Source: an uncultured Thermoleophilia bacterium (lineage in GTDB: Bacteria > Actinomycetota > Thermoleophilia > UBA2241). From it: a DNA stretch of 64,000 bases. Position numbers and translations under genes: made by a program. This document shows, in pieces, positions 1 through 12,306 of the stretch. The DNA lies in the NCBI GenBank assembly GCA_963715985.1, contig CAVQSP010000015.1, positions 1 to 64,000 of the forward strand. Direction: 5' to 3'. Under the pieces are notes generated by a model, which saw only the letters and a list, made by a program, of their open reading frames with translations, was not told where the DNA came from and ran no database searches. Position 1 is the stretch's first letter. Each line of letters begins with the position of its first letter.

Positions 1-1349
<1,349 letters not shown>

Positions 1350-1447
1350 GGAGGCGGCACTCCCGGGTTCGCTGGTTTGCGCTCAGCGTCCATTGTCGCA
1401 CACGGCGGGACGCCCGTCGCACGGGTCCCGCCGCCCGCCGCCGTCAG

Positions 1448-1479
1448 GCCGGGCGCGCTGCGAGAGAGGCGCGCCCGGC
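1448..1479 (-). terminator. GC-rich hairpin downstream of hpf, possible intrinsic terminator
   Basis: gccgggcgcgc-N10-gcgcgcccggc inverted repeat between the hpf stop and the secA start; no clear U-tract. Confidence 0.4.
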
Positions 1480-1502
1480 GAACGGACGCCGCGACGCCGC
1501 GC

Positions 1503-2123
1503 TCAGTTCTCGGCCGGCTCGATCAGGCCGTAGTGGCCGTCGTTGCGGCGGTACACCACGTTGGTGCGGTTGGACTCGGCGTTGGTGAACACGAAGAAGT
1601 CGTGACCGACCAGCTCGAGCTGCAGGGTGGCCTCGTTGACCGACATGGGCTTGAGCGCGAACTGCTTGGTCTTGACGATGCGGCCGTTCTCGCCGGCCTG
1701 GCCGGACTCGCCGAAGTCGTCCGCCATGGCCGCCGTAGCGGCCACGGGAGCGAGCTCCTCGACGGCCTCTTCTTCACGGACGGCCGGCTTGTCGTGCCCG
1801 TGGCGCGTGCGGCCGTGCGCCTTGTCGTGGTACTTCTTCACACGGCGCTGAAGCTTGTCGGTGACCAGATCGATGGCCGCGTACATGTCCGTGGACGACT
1901 CGCGCGCCCGGATGACCGGGCCCCGCGTGAAGACCGTCACCTCAGCTATGCACGGCTCGGGGATGCTCGGGTTCTTCTCCACGAGGAGCTCGAGTTCCAC
2001 CCTCGTCACTTCGTCGATCTTGCGCTGCCGCAGGAGCTTGTGGACGTGCTCGATCTTCTCGTTGGCGTAATCCTGCAGGGCGTCGGTGACGGTGACGTTG
2101 CGACCCTTGATCTGCGTTTTCAT
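1503..2123 (-). CDS. hpf: Ribosome hibernation promoting factor (long HPF/RaiA family)
   Basis: MKTQIKGRNVTVTDALQDYANEKI...DMYAAIDLVTDKLQRRVKKYHDK, plus C-terminal KPMSVNEATLQLELVGHDFFVF...VVYRRNDGHYGLIE. AAGGAG RBS; ATGA overlap with the comF stop. Confidence 0.95.
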   Translation of the reverse strand: MKTQIKGRNVTVTDALQDYANEKIEHVHKLLRQRKIDEVTRVELELLVEKNPSIPEPCIAEVTVFTRGPVIRARESSTDMYAAIDLVTDKLQRRVKKYHDKAHGRTRHGHDKPAVREEEAVEELAPVAATAAMADDFGESGQAGENGRIVKTKQFALKPMSVNEATLQLELVGHDFFVFTNAESNRTNVVYRRNDGHYGLIEPAEN

Positions 2124-2983
2124 GGACATCGCTCCTTCTGGACGGCATGGTCTAGCGATGCTTGGGAGGGAGTAGCGCGCACCGTGCGCGCGAACGTGAA
2201 GACGTGGGGTTCGAGACCGGCGTGAGCGAGCACCTTTGCGCAATGATCCAACGTTTCACCTGTGGTGTATACGTCGTCAACGATCAACACTCGCTTGAGC
2301 TTTCTTAGTACCCCGGAATACTCCTCCCGCAACGCGAACGCGCCTTTGACGTTGGCCGCGCGCGCGGCACGGTGCAGCCCACTCTGGCGTGCCCCGTGAC
2401 GAGTGCGACGGAGCAAGGGAGCATAGGGGAGCCCGGCCCGTCGCGCAAACCCGCGCGCCAGACGCTCGGCCTGGTTGAAGCCGCGCTCCAGCTGGTGGTC
2501 GCGGTGCCCGGGGACCCAGGTGACGAGAGAGTCCTGCGCCGCGCGCTCGAAGGCGGGCGCGGCGCGCTCCACCATGTCGTCGGTGAGGGAGCGCAGGGCA
2601 CGGAACTTGCAGGCCGTGACGAGGGCGCGGGCAGACCCCTCATAGGTGAAGGCGGCGGCGGCGGAGACGAAGGCGAGGTCGCGGCCGGAGCACTCCGGGC
2701 AGCGCCGGCCCGCATGGGCGCGCAGAGCGGCGGGCCGGTGTGCGCCGCGCGGCGCGGACGGACGTTGGAGAGTCGAGGCGGAAGCATCGCGCAGCGGCCA
2801 ACCGTCGGGACGGGCGGCAGCCCACGCCCCCGGGGCGCCGCAGCGCGGACAGCGCCGCGCGGGCAGCGGGTGCAGATCGCCGGCGCAGACATCGCAGAGC
2901 CACCCGCCGGCGACACCGCATACCACGCAGCGCCGCGGCAGCACGAGGTCGATGAGGCCGTCGACGATGCCGCTCGCGGTCAT
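2120..2983 (-). CDS. comF: ComF family protein (zinc ribbon plus phosphoribosyltransferase domain)
   Basis: LVLPRRCVVC..LCDVC..CPRC..CPEC, RGFNQAE, VLIVDDVYTTGETL; the usual comF-hpf-secA order. Confidence 0.9.
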   Translation of the reverse strand: MTASGIVDGLIDLVLPRRCVVCGVAGGWLCDVCAGDLHPLPARRCPRCGAPGAWAAARPDGWPLRDASASTLQRPSAPRGAHRPAALRAHAGRRCPECSGRDLAFVSAAAAFTYEGSARALVTACKFRALRSLTDDMVERAAPAFERAAQDSLVTWVPGHRDHQLERGFNQAERLARGFARRAGLPYAPLLRRTRHGARQSGLHRAARAANVKGAFALREEYSGVLRKLKRVLIVDDVYTTGETLDHCAKVLAHAGLEPHVFTFARTVRATPSQASLDHAVQKERCP

Positions 2984-2996
2984 CGACGGCCTTCCC

Positions 2997-4169
2997 TCAA
3001 GCCCCCGCGGGTACGCCGCCCGGCGCGTCCGGCGTGAGGACCGAGCGCGGCTCCACGCGGGCTCCCGGCGGCACCAGGGTGTAGGCCCCCACCTCGGTGC
3101 GGTCGCCGATGACCGCGTCCTCGCGCACGACCGCGTCGTGGTGCACCACCACGTGGCGCCCCAGGATGCTGCCCTCGACGCGCGACTTGCGGCCCGCCTT
3201 GACGCCGTCCCAGTTGATGGCACCTTCGAGCACGGCGCCGCGTTCGATGACGCAGCCGTCCCCGACGATGAGCGGCCCGATGAGTTCGGCCTCGGCCTCC
3301 ACGAGGCAGCCGGCGCCGATGAGCACCGGCGCCTGGATACGCACACCCGTCTCGATCTGCGTGCCGTCGCCCACCCAGATGCCCGGCGCGTGGAGTCGGC
3401 CGGGCACGTGGATCTGAACGCGGCCGAGCAAGGCGTCGAAGTTGCTGAGGCGGTACTGCTCGATGTTGCCGACGTCGTTCCAGTACCCCTCGAGCAGCCA
3501 GCGATGGAACGGCACGCCGGCGGAGAGAAGTGCCGGGAACACGTCCTTGGCCCAGTCCACGAAGGCGCCCGGGGGCACGTAGTCGAAGATGCCCGGCTCG
3601 AACGCGTAGATGCCCGTGTTGCAGAAGTCGGAGAGCGCCTCTTCGCGGGGCGGCTTCTCCTGGAATCCGGTGATACGGCCCTCCCCGTCCGCGACCACCA
3701 CGCCGTAGAGCGACGGGTCGACGACCTGTTTGACGGCCATGGTGGCGATGCCGCCGTGGCGCCGGTGCGCCTCCAGGAACGCCGTGAGGTCGATGTCGGT
3801 GAGGCCGTCGCCGCTGACCACCACGAAGGTGCCGCCGGCGAACAGGTCGCGAAACGCCCCGACCCCACCGGCGGTGCCGAGGAGCTCCTCCTCGAAGTTG
3901 TAGCGCAGGGCCACGCCAAAGGCTCTGCCGTCGCCGAAGTACGTGCGGATCTTGTCCGGGTGGTAGTGGAGGTTGGCGGCCACCTCGGTGATGCCGTGGC
4001 GGCGCAGCAGCTGGAGCATGTGCTGCATGACCGGTCGGTTGAGGATGGGGACCATGGGCTTGGCGGTGCGACCCGTGAGGGGGTAGAGACGCGTGCCGAG
4101 CCCCGCCGCCATGATCATGGCCTTGCAGGCTGGTGCCGCGCCGGCGGGAGCGTCCACCTGCGTGCTCAC
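2997..4169 (-). CDS. NDP-sugar pyrophosphorylase (mannose-1-phosphate guanylyltransferase-like) with hexapeptide-repeat C-terminus
   Basis: AMIMAAGLGTRLYPLT..KPMVP, LGTAGG, FQEKP, YWNDVG, then left-handed beta-helix repeats; GTGA overlap with the mtnA stop. Confidence 0.88.
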   Translation of the reverse strand: MSTQVDAPAGAAPACKAMIMAAGLGTRLYPLTGRTAKPMVPILNRPVMQHMLQLLRRHGITEVAANLHYHPDKIRTYFGDGRAFGVALRYNFEEELLGTAGGVGAFRDLFAGGTFVVVSGDGLTDIDLTAFLEAHRRHGGIATMAVKQVVDPSLYGVVVADGEGRITGFQEKPPREEALSDFCNTGIYAFEPGIFDYVPPGAFVDWAKDVFPALLSAGVPFHRWLLEGYWNDVGNIEQYRLSNFDALLGRVQIHVPGRLHAPGIWVGDGTQIETGVRIQAPVLIGAGCLVEAEAELIGPLIVGDGCVIERGAVLEGAINWDGVKAGRKSRVEGSILGRHVVVHHDAVVREDAVIGDRTEVGAYTLVPPGARVEPRSVLTPDAPGGVPAGA

Positions 4170-5335
4170 GGCAGGCAGGATCCGCCCGCGCAGGCCGCGG
4201 CGAGGGCTTCGGTATAGGGCCGACGGAGGAGGCCGGCCTCGGTGACGATGCCGGCGATGTTGGCCGCCGGCGTGACGTCGAACGCGGGGTGGTAGGCGCG
4301 CGCGCCGACGGGCGCCACGGGCACGCCGTGGAAGCACGTGACCTCGTCTTCGGCGCGCTCCTCGATGGGGATCTCGGCCCCGCTCCCGATGGCGAGGTCG
4401 ACCGTGGAGAGGGGCGCGGCGATGTAGAAGGGCACGCCGTGCTCCTTGGCGAGCACGGACACGCTGTACGTGCCTATCTTGTTGGCCGTGTCGCCGTTGG
4501 CGGCGATGCGGTCCGCGCCCACGACGACGCCGTCCACGGCGCCGCGCTGGATGAAGTGCCCGGCCATGTTGTCGCTGATGAGGCGGTACGGGATGCCCTC
4601 CACACCGAGCTCCCACGCCGTGAGGCGGGCGCCCTGCAGCCACGGTCGCGTCTCGTCGACCAGCACGGAGATGCCCTCGTGGAGAGCGGCCGCCGAGCGG
4701 ATGACGCCAAGCGCGGTGCCGTACCCGGCCGTGGCCAGAGCACCGGCATTGCAGTGCGTGAGGATGGTGTCGCCCGCCTTGAACAGAACGGCGCCGTAGG
4801 CGCCGATACGCAGGCAGCGGTCGATGTCGTCGTCGTGGATGGCCTGCGCCCGCACGAGCAGGACGGCGGCGAGGGCGGCCGGCTCGGCCTGCGGCCCGCC
4901 GGCGGCGAGCGCCGCCTCCCAGACAGAGCGCATCTCCTCCACGGCCCAGCGCAGATTGACGGCGGTGGGCCGCGTGGCCAGCAGTCCGCTCGCGGCCTGC
5001 TCGAGCGCGGCCCGGAAGGAGGCCGGGTCGCCCGGCGCGGCAGCCGCCGCCTCCGCAGCCGCGAGCGCCAGTCCGCCGGCCGCCGTCACCCCGATCGCGG
5101 GGGCGCCGCGCACGGTCATGTCGGTGATGCGGTCGGCCACCTCGCGCCAGGTGCGGCAGCGCACATAGCGCTCCTCCTGCGGCAGCGCGAGCTGGTCGAT
5201 GAGCACGACCTCGCCGGGCAGGATCTCGACCGTGCGCACCCGCAGGAGGGAGCCGCCCGGGCCCGCCGGACCTGAGGCGCCCGCAGGACCACCCGGCACC
5301 GCCATGCCGGATGCCGTCACGACGTCGTCACCCAT
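4166..5335 (-). CDS. mtnA: S-methyl-5-thioribose-1-phosphate isomerase
   Basis: MTVRGAPAIG, TRPTAVNL, THCNAGALATAGYGTALG, ETRPWLQGARLT, GADRIAANGDTANKIGT. Confidence 0.95.
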   Translation of the reverse strand: MGDDVVTASGMAVPGGPAGASGPAGPGGSLLRVRTVEILPGEVVLIDQLALPQEERYVRCRTWREVADRITDMTVRGAPAIGVTAAGGLALAAAEAAAAAPGDPASFRAALEQAASGLLATRPTAVNLRWAVEEMRSVWEAALAAGGPQAEPAALAAVLLVRAQAIHDDDIDRCLRIGAYGAVLFKAGDTILTHCNAGALATAGYGTALGVIRSAAALHEGISVLVDETRPWLQGARLTAWELGVEGIPYRLISDNMAGHFIQRGAVDGVVVGADRIAANGDTANKIGTYSVSVLAKEHGVPFYIAAPLSTVDLAIGSGAEIPIEERAEDEVTCFHGVPVAPVGARAYHPAFDVTPAANIAGIVTEAGLLRRPYTEALAAACAGGSCLP

Positions 5336-5347
5336 GCCGGTGTGTGC

Positions 5348-7209
<1,862 letters not shown>

Positions 7210-7215
7210 CCCGCC

Positions 7216-8346
7216 TCAGCCGGGACGGGCCAGCTTGGCCTTGAGGTCCTGAAGCGCCTGTACCGGCGTCGGGTCGACCCCGTACAAGAGCGCGAGGTAG
7301 AAGGAGACGTAGTCGCCCAGCTGGACGAGCGAGAAGAGGCGGGCCAGCCGCGAGTCGCCGCATGCGTGCGCGTGCTCCACGGCCACGCCGGTCGCCTCGA
7401 GCTCCGCAGCGGTCAGCTCGGCGCGTCGGCGTAGACGCGGATCGCCGGCGGCGTCCTCGAGAAAGACGACGAGGCTGGATGCAGCCACCGGGGGCAGGCT
7501 CGTCCAGCCCACCAGCTCGTTGTGGTCCAGTTCGGGAAGCTCGTTCCAGAAGGCAGGCGCCTTGGCGTTCTCGTTGATCTGCCCCTTCCAGCGGCGCGCC
7601 ACCGGAGCCGTCAGCCCTGCACCGTAGACGACGGCCTGCCGGCGGTGCAGTCGCAGAGCCAAGGCTTTGGCTGTGTTCGTCGCCGGCGTGCGCTCCGGGC
7701 CGAATGACTCGTTGCCGTCGCGCAGCACAGCTGCGGCCTCGTCCACGGAGTCCTTCACGCGATCCGCAAGGCCGGCCGCCTCCAAGGCCGCGAGCAGCGG
7801 CGCCGTCAGATAGCCGACAGCCGCTCGCGGCTGGCCACCAGCCGGCACGCGTACCAGGCAGAGACCGTGCTCTTCGGCCAAGCGCGCGAGGGCGCCGCCT
7901 GACGCGACGCAGACTGCTCTGCAGCCACGCTCGAGCGCCGCTTTCGCGCAGGACAGTGTCTCCTCGGTCTCCCCCGAGTGGCTGGCCGCGATCACCAGGG
8001 TCTGCGGCCCGGCCCAGGCAGGCAACTCGTAGCCGCGCACCACGGCCGCCGGCACGTCCAGGCCGGGCACACACGCCAGCACGAGATCCGCGCCGATCGC
8101 GGAGCCGCCCATGCCGCACAGGATGAGGCCGGTGGGCCGGACAGGTCGACCGGCGGATCCGTCCTCACCGAACGCGCCTGCAAGTACGCTGCCGGCGACG
8201 GCATATCCGGCCGTCAGCTGGCGCGGGAGGCTGGCGATCCAGCCCAGCATGTCGCCTGCGTCGAGCTGGGCGACGCGCTCCGGCCCCATGGCCTCGTCCG
8301 CGGCGCCTTCCGATGCCGCTACGGCGTCCTCTTCCTCCGGGGTCAC
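7216..8346 (-). CDS. Bifunctional phosphoglucose/phosphomannose isomerase (SIS domain)
   Basis: CGMGGSAIG, SHSGETEET, GQPRAA, RWKGQINENAK, PELDHNE, GVDPTPV. Confidence 0.92.
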   Translation of the reverse strand: MTPEEEDAVAASEGAADEAMGPERVAQLDAGDMLGWIASLPRQLTAGYAVAGSVLAGAFGEDGSAGRPVRPTGLILCGMGGSAIGADLVLACVPGLDVPAAVVRGYELPAWAGPQTLVIAASHSGETEETLSCAKAALERGCRAVCVASGGALARLAEEHGLCLVRVPAGGQPRAAVGYLTAPLLAALEAAGLADRVKDSVDEAAAVLRDGNESFGPERTPATNTAKALALRLHRRQAVVYGAGLTAPVARRWKGQINENAKAPAFWNELPELDHNELVGWTSLPPVAASSLVVFLEDAAGDPRLRRRAELTAAELEATGVAVEHAHACGDSRLARLFSLVQLGDYVSFYLALLYGVDPTPVQALQDLKAKLARPG

Positions 8347-8349
8347 GCG

Positions 8350-9699
8350 TCAGCCTTCAAGGATCACCGCAAGGACGAGGTCGCGCTTCTCCTCCATGAG
8401 CTCACGCGAGTCGGCCCCGAGGTTCAGACGCAGCAGCGGCTCCGTGTTGGATGGCCGCACGTTGAAGTGCCAGCGGTCGTAATCCACCGAGATGCCGTCC
8501 AGCCTCGTGATCTCCCCGTCACCGAACTTCGTCTCGAGGCGCGCCAGTGCCGCCGGCACGTCGTCGACCACGGAGTTGATCTCGCCGCTGATGAAGTACC
8601 TGGTACGCAGCGGCTCCAGCAGCTCGGCCATGGTCGCCTTCTTCTGGGAGAGCAGCTCGAGGATGAGCAGCGCCGGAATGAACCCGGAGTCCGCGTTGTA
8701 GTTGTCTGAGAAGTAGTAGTGGCCCGACACCTCGCCCCCGAAGAGCCCGCCCTCGCGGCGCATGCGCTGCTTGAAGAAGGCGTGCCCGACGCGGTTGAGC
8801 AGGGGCACGCCGCCGTTGGCGATGATGACGTCGGGCACAGCACGGCTGGCGCGCAGGTCGTAGAGGATCTTGGCGCCGGGGTTCCTGAGCAGCAGAGCCT
8901 CGGCGAGCAGCGCGGTGACGAAGTCGCCGGGCACGAACTCGCCGGCCTCGTCGATGAAGAAACAGCGGTCGGCGTCGCCGTCCCAGGCGATCCCCAGGTC
9001 GGCCTTCTCCGCCGGCACGCGCGCGCGGATCTCGCGGCTGTTCTCCTCGAGCAGCGGGTTGGGCGCGTGGTTGGGGAACGTGCCGTCGACCTCGAAGTAC
9101 ATCTCCACGCAGTCGATGCGCGTGCCCGCGAACACCCGCGGGGCGAGCTTGCCGGCCACGCCGTTGGCGGCGTCCATGACGACCTTGTACGGGCGGAAGG
9201 CGGCGACGTCCACGAGCCGGTGCAGGTGTTCGACGTAGGCCGGATACAGGTCCCTGCGCGCGATGGTCGTGCCGGCGACCGCCACCGGCAACTCGTCGAG
9301 CGCCTGGCTGCGCTGCCTGAGCTCGGGGATGCCCGCGTCGCCGCTCAGCGGCAGGGCCCCCTCCCCCACCAGCTTCATGCCGTTGTACTGCGGCGGGTTG
9401 TGAGAGGCGGTCACCATCGCGCCGCCGTCGAGCCCCTGAGAGGCGACCCCGAAATACAGCATCTCCGTGGGCACGAGACCGAAGTCGACGGTCGAGGCGC
9501 CGGCGGCGGCCGCGCCCGCCGCGAAGGCTTCGAGAAGCCCCGTGGAAGACGGTCGCGGGTCCATGCCGACGCCCAGCCGCGATGCGCCCAGCTGCTGCGC
9601 GAGGGCGCAGCCGATGCGCTCGGCCCCGTCCTCGTCGAGCTCCTGCGGATACAGACCGCGCACGTCGTACGCCTTGAAGATGCCGTCGGGGATCGTCAT
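8350..9699 (-). CDS. manB: Phosphomannomutase/phosphoglucomutase
   Basis: IFKAYDVRG, TASHNP phosphoserine loop, DGDADR metal loop, GEVSGH, RPSNTEP; TGATG overlap. Confidence 0.92.
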   Translation of the reverse strand: MTIPDGIFKAYDVRGLYPQELDEDGAERIGCALAQQLGASRLGVGMDPRPSSTGLLEAFAAGAAAAGASTVDFGLVPTEMLYFGVASQGLDGGAMVTASHNPPQYNGMKLVGEGALPLSGDAGIPELRQRSQALDELPVAVAGTTIARRDLYPAYVEHLHRLVDVAAFRPYKVVMDAANGVAGKLAPRVFAGTRIDCVEMYFEVDGTFPNHAPNPLLEENSREIRARVPAEKADLGIAWDGDADRCFFIDEAGEFVPGDFVTALLAEALLLRNPGAKILYDLRASRAVPDVIIANGGVPLLNRVGHAFFKQRMRREGGLFGGEVSGHYYFSDNYNADSGFIPALLILELLSQKKATMAELLEPLRTRYFISGEINSVVDDVPAALARLETKFGDGEITRLDGISVDYDRWHFNVRPSNTEPLLRLNLGADSRELMEEKRDLVLAVILEG

Positions 9700-10856
9700 C
9701 AACCCTCCCTGCCGCGGAACGACTCGTTGAACTGCACGGAGTTGTCCGGCAGCGTTGTCTCGGGGTACAGGCAGATGCCGCCGGCCAGCCGGTTACCGGC
9801 CCCCACCGTGCACCCCTCGCCGATCACGGCGCCCTCCAACTGCGTACCGGCGCCGATGGCGCTGTCACGCACCACGATGCTGTGCTCCACCTGGGCATGG
9901 GCGCCGATGACCACGCCGCTCTGCACGACGGACTCCACTACGGTGGCGCCCTCGGCGATCACAGAACCCGCGCCCGCCACAGCCAGCGGGCCGACGCGGG
10001 CGCCGGCCTCGACGCGCACGCGCTCACCCACGTAGACGGGCGGGACCAGGCGCGCGCCGGGATCGACCTGCGCCGATGGCGCCACGTAGGAGAAGTGCGC
10101 GCCGAGGAGCCCGGCGACGGCCGTGTGCACGGCGCCCTCGAGGATGTCGATATGCGCCTGCAGGTAGCTCTCGGGGGTGCCGATATCGCGCCAGTACCCG
10201 TGCTCGGCGTGCCCGTACAGCGAGCCCGCCTGGGCGAGGCGGGGGAACACGCCGCGCTCGATGCTGAACAGGCGGCCGCGCGGGATGAGCTCGAGCACCT
10301 CCTGTTCAAGGACGTACACGCCCGCGTTGATCAGCGCCGTGCCCTCCCACTCCCCGGGCTTCTCCAGGAAGCTCGCCACAGCGCCGTCGGCGTGCAGTTC
10401 CACGAGCCCGTAGCGCCGAGGATCTTCAACTGGCGTCAGAAAGATGGTGCCCATGGCGCCGCTGGCCGCGTGGAAGCCGGCCAGCGCCGTGAGGTCCACG
10501 TCGCTCAGCACGTCGCCGTTGAACACGTAGAAGCCCCCGTCGCGCAGACGGTCGCTGCAGTTGGCGATGGCTCCGGCAGTGCCCAGGGGCTCATCCTCCA
10601 CCGCGTACTCCACGCGCAGCCCGAACGCCGCACCGTCGCCGATCTCGGCCTCGATGGCCTCGGCGAGGAAGCCGGTGGAGAAGATCGCCAGCTCCACACC
10701 GTGTCGCGCCAGCGTGTCCAGGATGTAGGCCACGAAGGGCCGCTCCACCATAGGGGCGACGGGCTTGGGCACGCGCGACGTCACCGGGCGCAGGCGCGTG
10801 CCTTCCCCGCCCACGAGGATGACGGCCTGTCTGGGGATGCGAGGGCTCTCGCTCAT
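9699..10856 (-). CDS. Second NDP-sugar pyrophosphorylase (mannose-1-phosphate guanylyltransferase-like)
   Basis: VILVGGEGTRLRP..PKP, PLGTAG, FNGDV, FLEKP, YWRDIGTP, hexapeptide repeats. Confidence 0.9.
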   Translation of the reverse strand: MSESPRIPRQAVILVGGEGTRLRPVTSRVPKPVAPMVERPFVAYILDTLARHGVELAIFSTGFLAEAIEAEIGDGAAFGLRVEYAVEDEPLGTAGAIANCSDRLRDGGFYVFNGDVLSDVDLTALAGFHAASGAMGTIFLTPVEDPRRYGLVELHADGAVASFLEKPGEWEGTALINAGVYVLEQEVLELIPRGRLFSIERGVFPRLAQAGSLYGHAEHGYWRDIGTPESYLQAHIDILEGAVHTAVAGLLGAHFSYVAPSAQVDPGARLVPPVYVGERVRVEAGARVGPLAVAGAGSVIAEGATVVESVVQSGVVIGAHAQVEHSIVVRDSAIGAGTQLEGAVIGEGCTVGAGNRLAGGICLYPETTLPDNSVQFNESFRGREG

Positions 10857-10869
10857 GGGTGCGGTCCGC

Positions 10870-12186
10870 TCAGACGTCGGCGGGCACAGCGACGGGGTCG
10901 CCCAGGCCGATCCCCTCGTAGTCCAGGCCCGCGGCGGCGGCGGCGGCCGGGTCGATGAAGTTACGCCCGTCCACGAGCAGCGGCCGCGCCATGAGCGCTG
11001 CCGCGGCCGCCCAATCCAGGCGCCCGAACTCCGGCCACTCCGTGACCAGCACCGCCGCGTCGGCGCCGTCGAGGGCATCCTCCGGTTCGGCGGTGATGGT
11101 GACGCCGGGGAACAACGGATGGTCGCCGGCGGCAAGCATCGGATCGTACGCGCGCACGTCCGCGCCCTCGTGGATGAGGCGGGCCGCGAGGACGATGGAG
11201 GCCGCCTCACGCAAGTCGTCGGTCTGCGGCTTGAAGGTGAGCCCGAGCAGGGCGATGGTCTTGCCGCGCAGGCTCCCGAGGCGCTGTTTGAGCTTGCCCA
11301 CCACGCGCCGCTTCTGCAGGGCGTTGACCTCGATGACGGCGTTGAGGAGCTGGAAGTGGTAGCCGCTGTTGCCTGCCAGCTGCTTCAGCGCCTGCACGTC
11401 CTTGGGGAAGCACGAGCCGCCGTAGCCGATGCCGGCCCGAAGGAAGTGCGGCCCGATGCGGTGGTCCAGGCCCATGCCCTTGGCAACGGTCCGCACGTCG
11501 GCGCCCACCTGTTCACACACGTTGGCGATCTCATTGATGAAGGAGATCTTGGTGGCGAGAAAGGCGTTGGAGGCGTACTTGATCATCTCGGCGGTGGGCA
11601 CGCTCGTGCGCACCACATCGGTGTCGATGCCACGGTAGAGCCCCTCCACAACGTCGCCGTCGGCCGCCGTCGAGGCGCCGATGACGATGCGGTCGGGTTC
11701 CAGGAAGTCCTGGATGGCGGCGCCTTCGCGGAGGAACTCGGGATTGGAGGCGTAGGCCATGCCGGTGGCGCCGAGCGCCTCCAGGTCGGCCACGACCTTC
11801 TCGCCGGTGCCGACCGGCACGGTGCTCTTCATCACGAGCAGGCGCTCGCCGCCGCGGCGCGCGATCTCCGAGGTGGCGAACTGCACGCGCGAGAGGTCGG
11901 CGTCACCTGACGGCGAGGGCGGCGTGTCGACGGCGATGAAGAGGGTGGTGCACGCCTCGAGCAGCTCGTCGTAGGAGGTCGTGAACGAGAGCCGCGAGGC
12001 GTTGTCGTCCACCAGCTTGTCCAGCCCCGGCTCGTAGATCGGGATATCGCCGCGGCGCAGACGAGCGATCTTGGCGGCGTCCACGTCCATACACACGACG
12101 CGGCGGCCCAGGTGGGCGAAGCACACGGCGGACACGAGCCCGACATAGCCGGTGCCTACGACGCCGATAGGGGCAGCGGATTGCAT
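10870..12186 (-). CDS. ugd: UDP-glucose/GDP-mannose 6-dehydrogenase
   Basis: GTGYVG, KSTVPVGT, NPEFLREG, GYGGSCFPKD, FKPQTDDLRE; GGAGG RBS. Confidence 0.93.
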   Translation of the reverse strand: MQSAAPIGVVGTGYVGLVSAVCFAHLGRRVVCMDVDAAKIARLRRGDIPIYEPGLDKLVDDNASRLSFTTSYDELLEACTTLFIAVDTPPSPSGDADLSRVQFATSEIARRGGERLLVMKSTVPVGTGEKVVADLEALGATGMAYASNPEFLREGAAIQDFLEPDRIVIGASTAADGDVVEGLYRGIDTDVVRTSVPTAEMIKYASNAFLATKISFINEIANVCEQVGADVRTVAKGMGLDHRIGPHFLRAGIGYGGSCFPKDVQALKQLAGNSGYHFQLLNAVIEVNALQKRRVVGKLKQRLGSLRGKTIALLGLTFKPQTDDLREAASIVLAARLIHEGADVRAYDPMLAAGDHPLFPGVTITAEPEDALDGADAAVLVTEWPEFGRLDWAAAAALMARPLLVDGRNFIDPAAAAAAGLDYEGIGLGDPVAVPADV

Positions 12187-12306
12187 GCTGGGGAGCACCT
12201 CCGTGTGACCGCCGGGAGAGCGAGCTACGCGCGAAAGTCTACCATAGGGCCCCCGCCGGGCCCGGGGGAGCCTGCCCGCACAGACGGTCGGGGCGGAGCC
12301 AAGGGA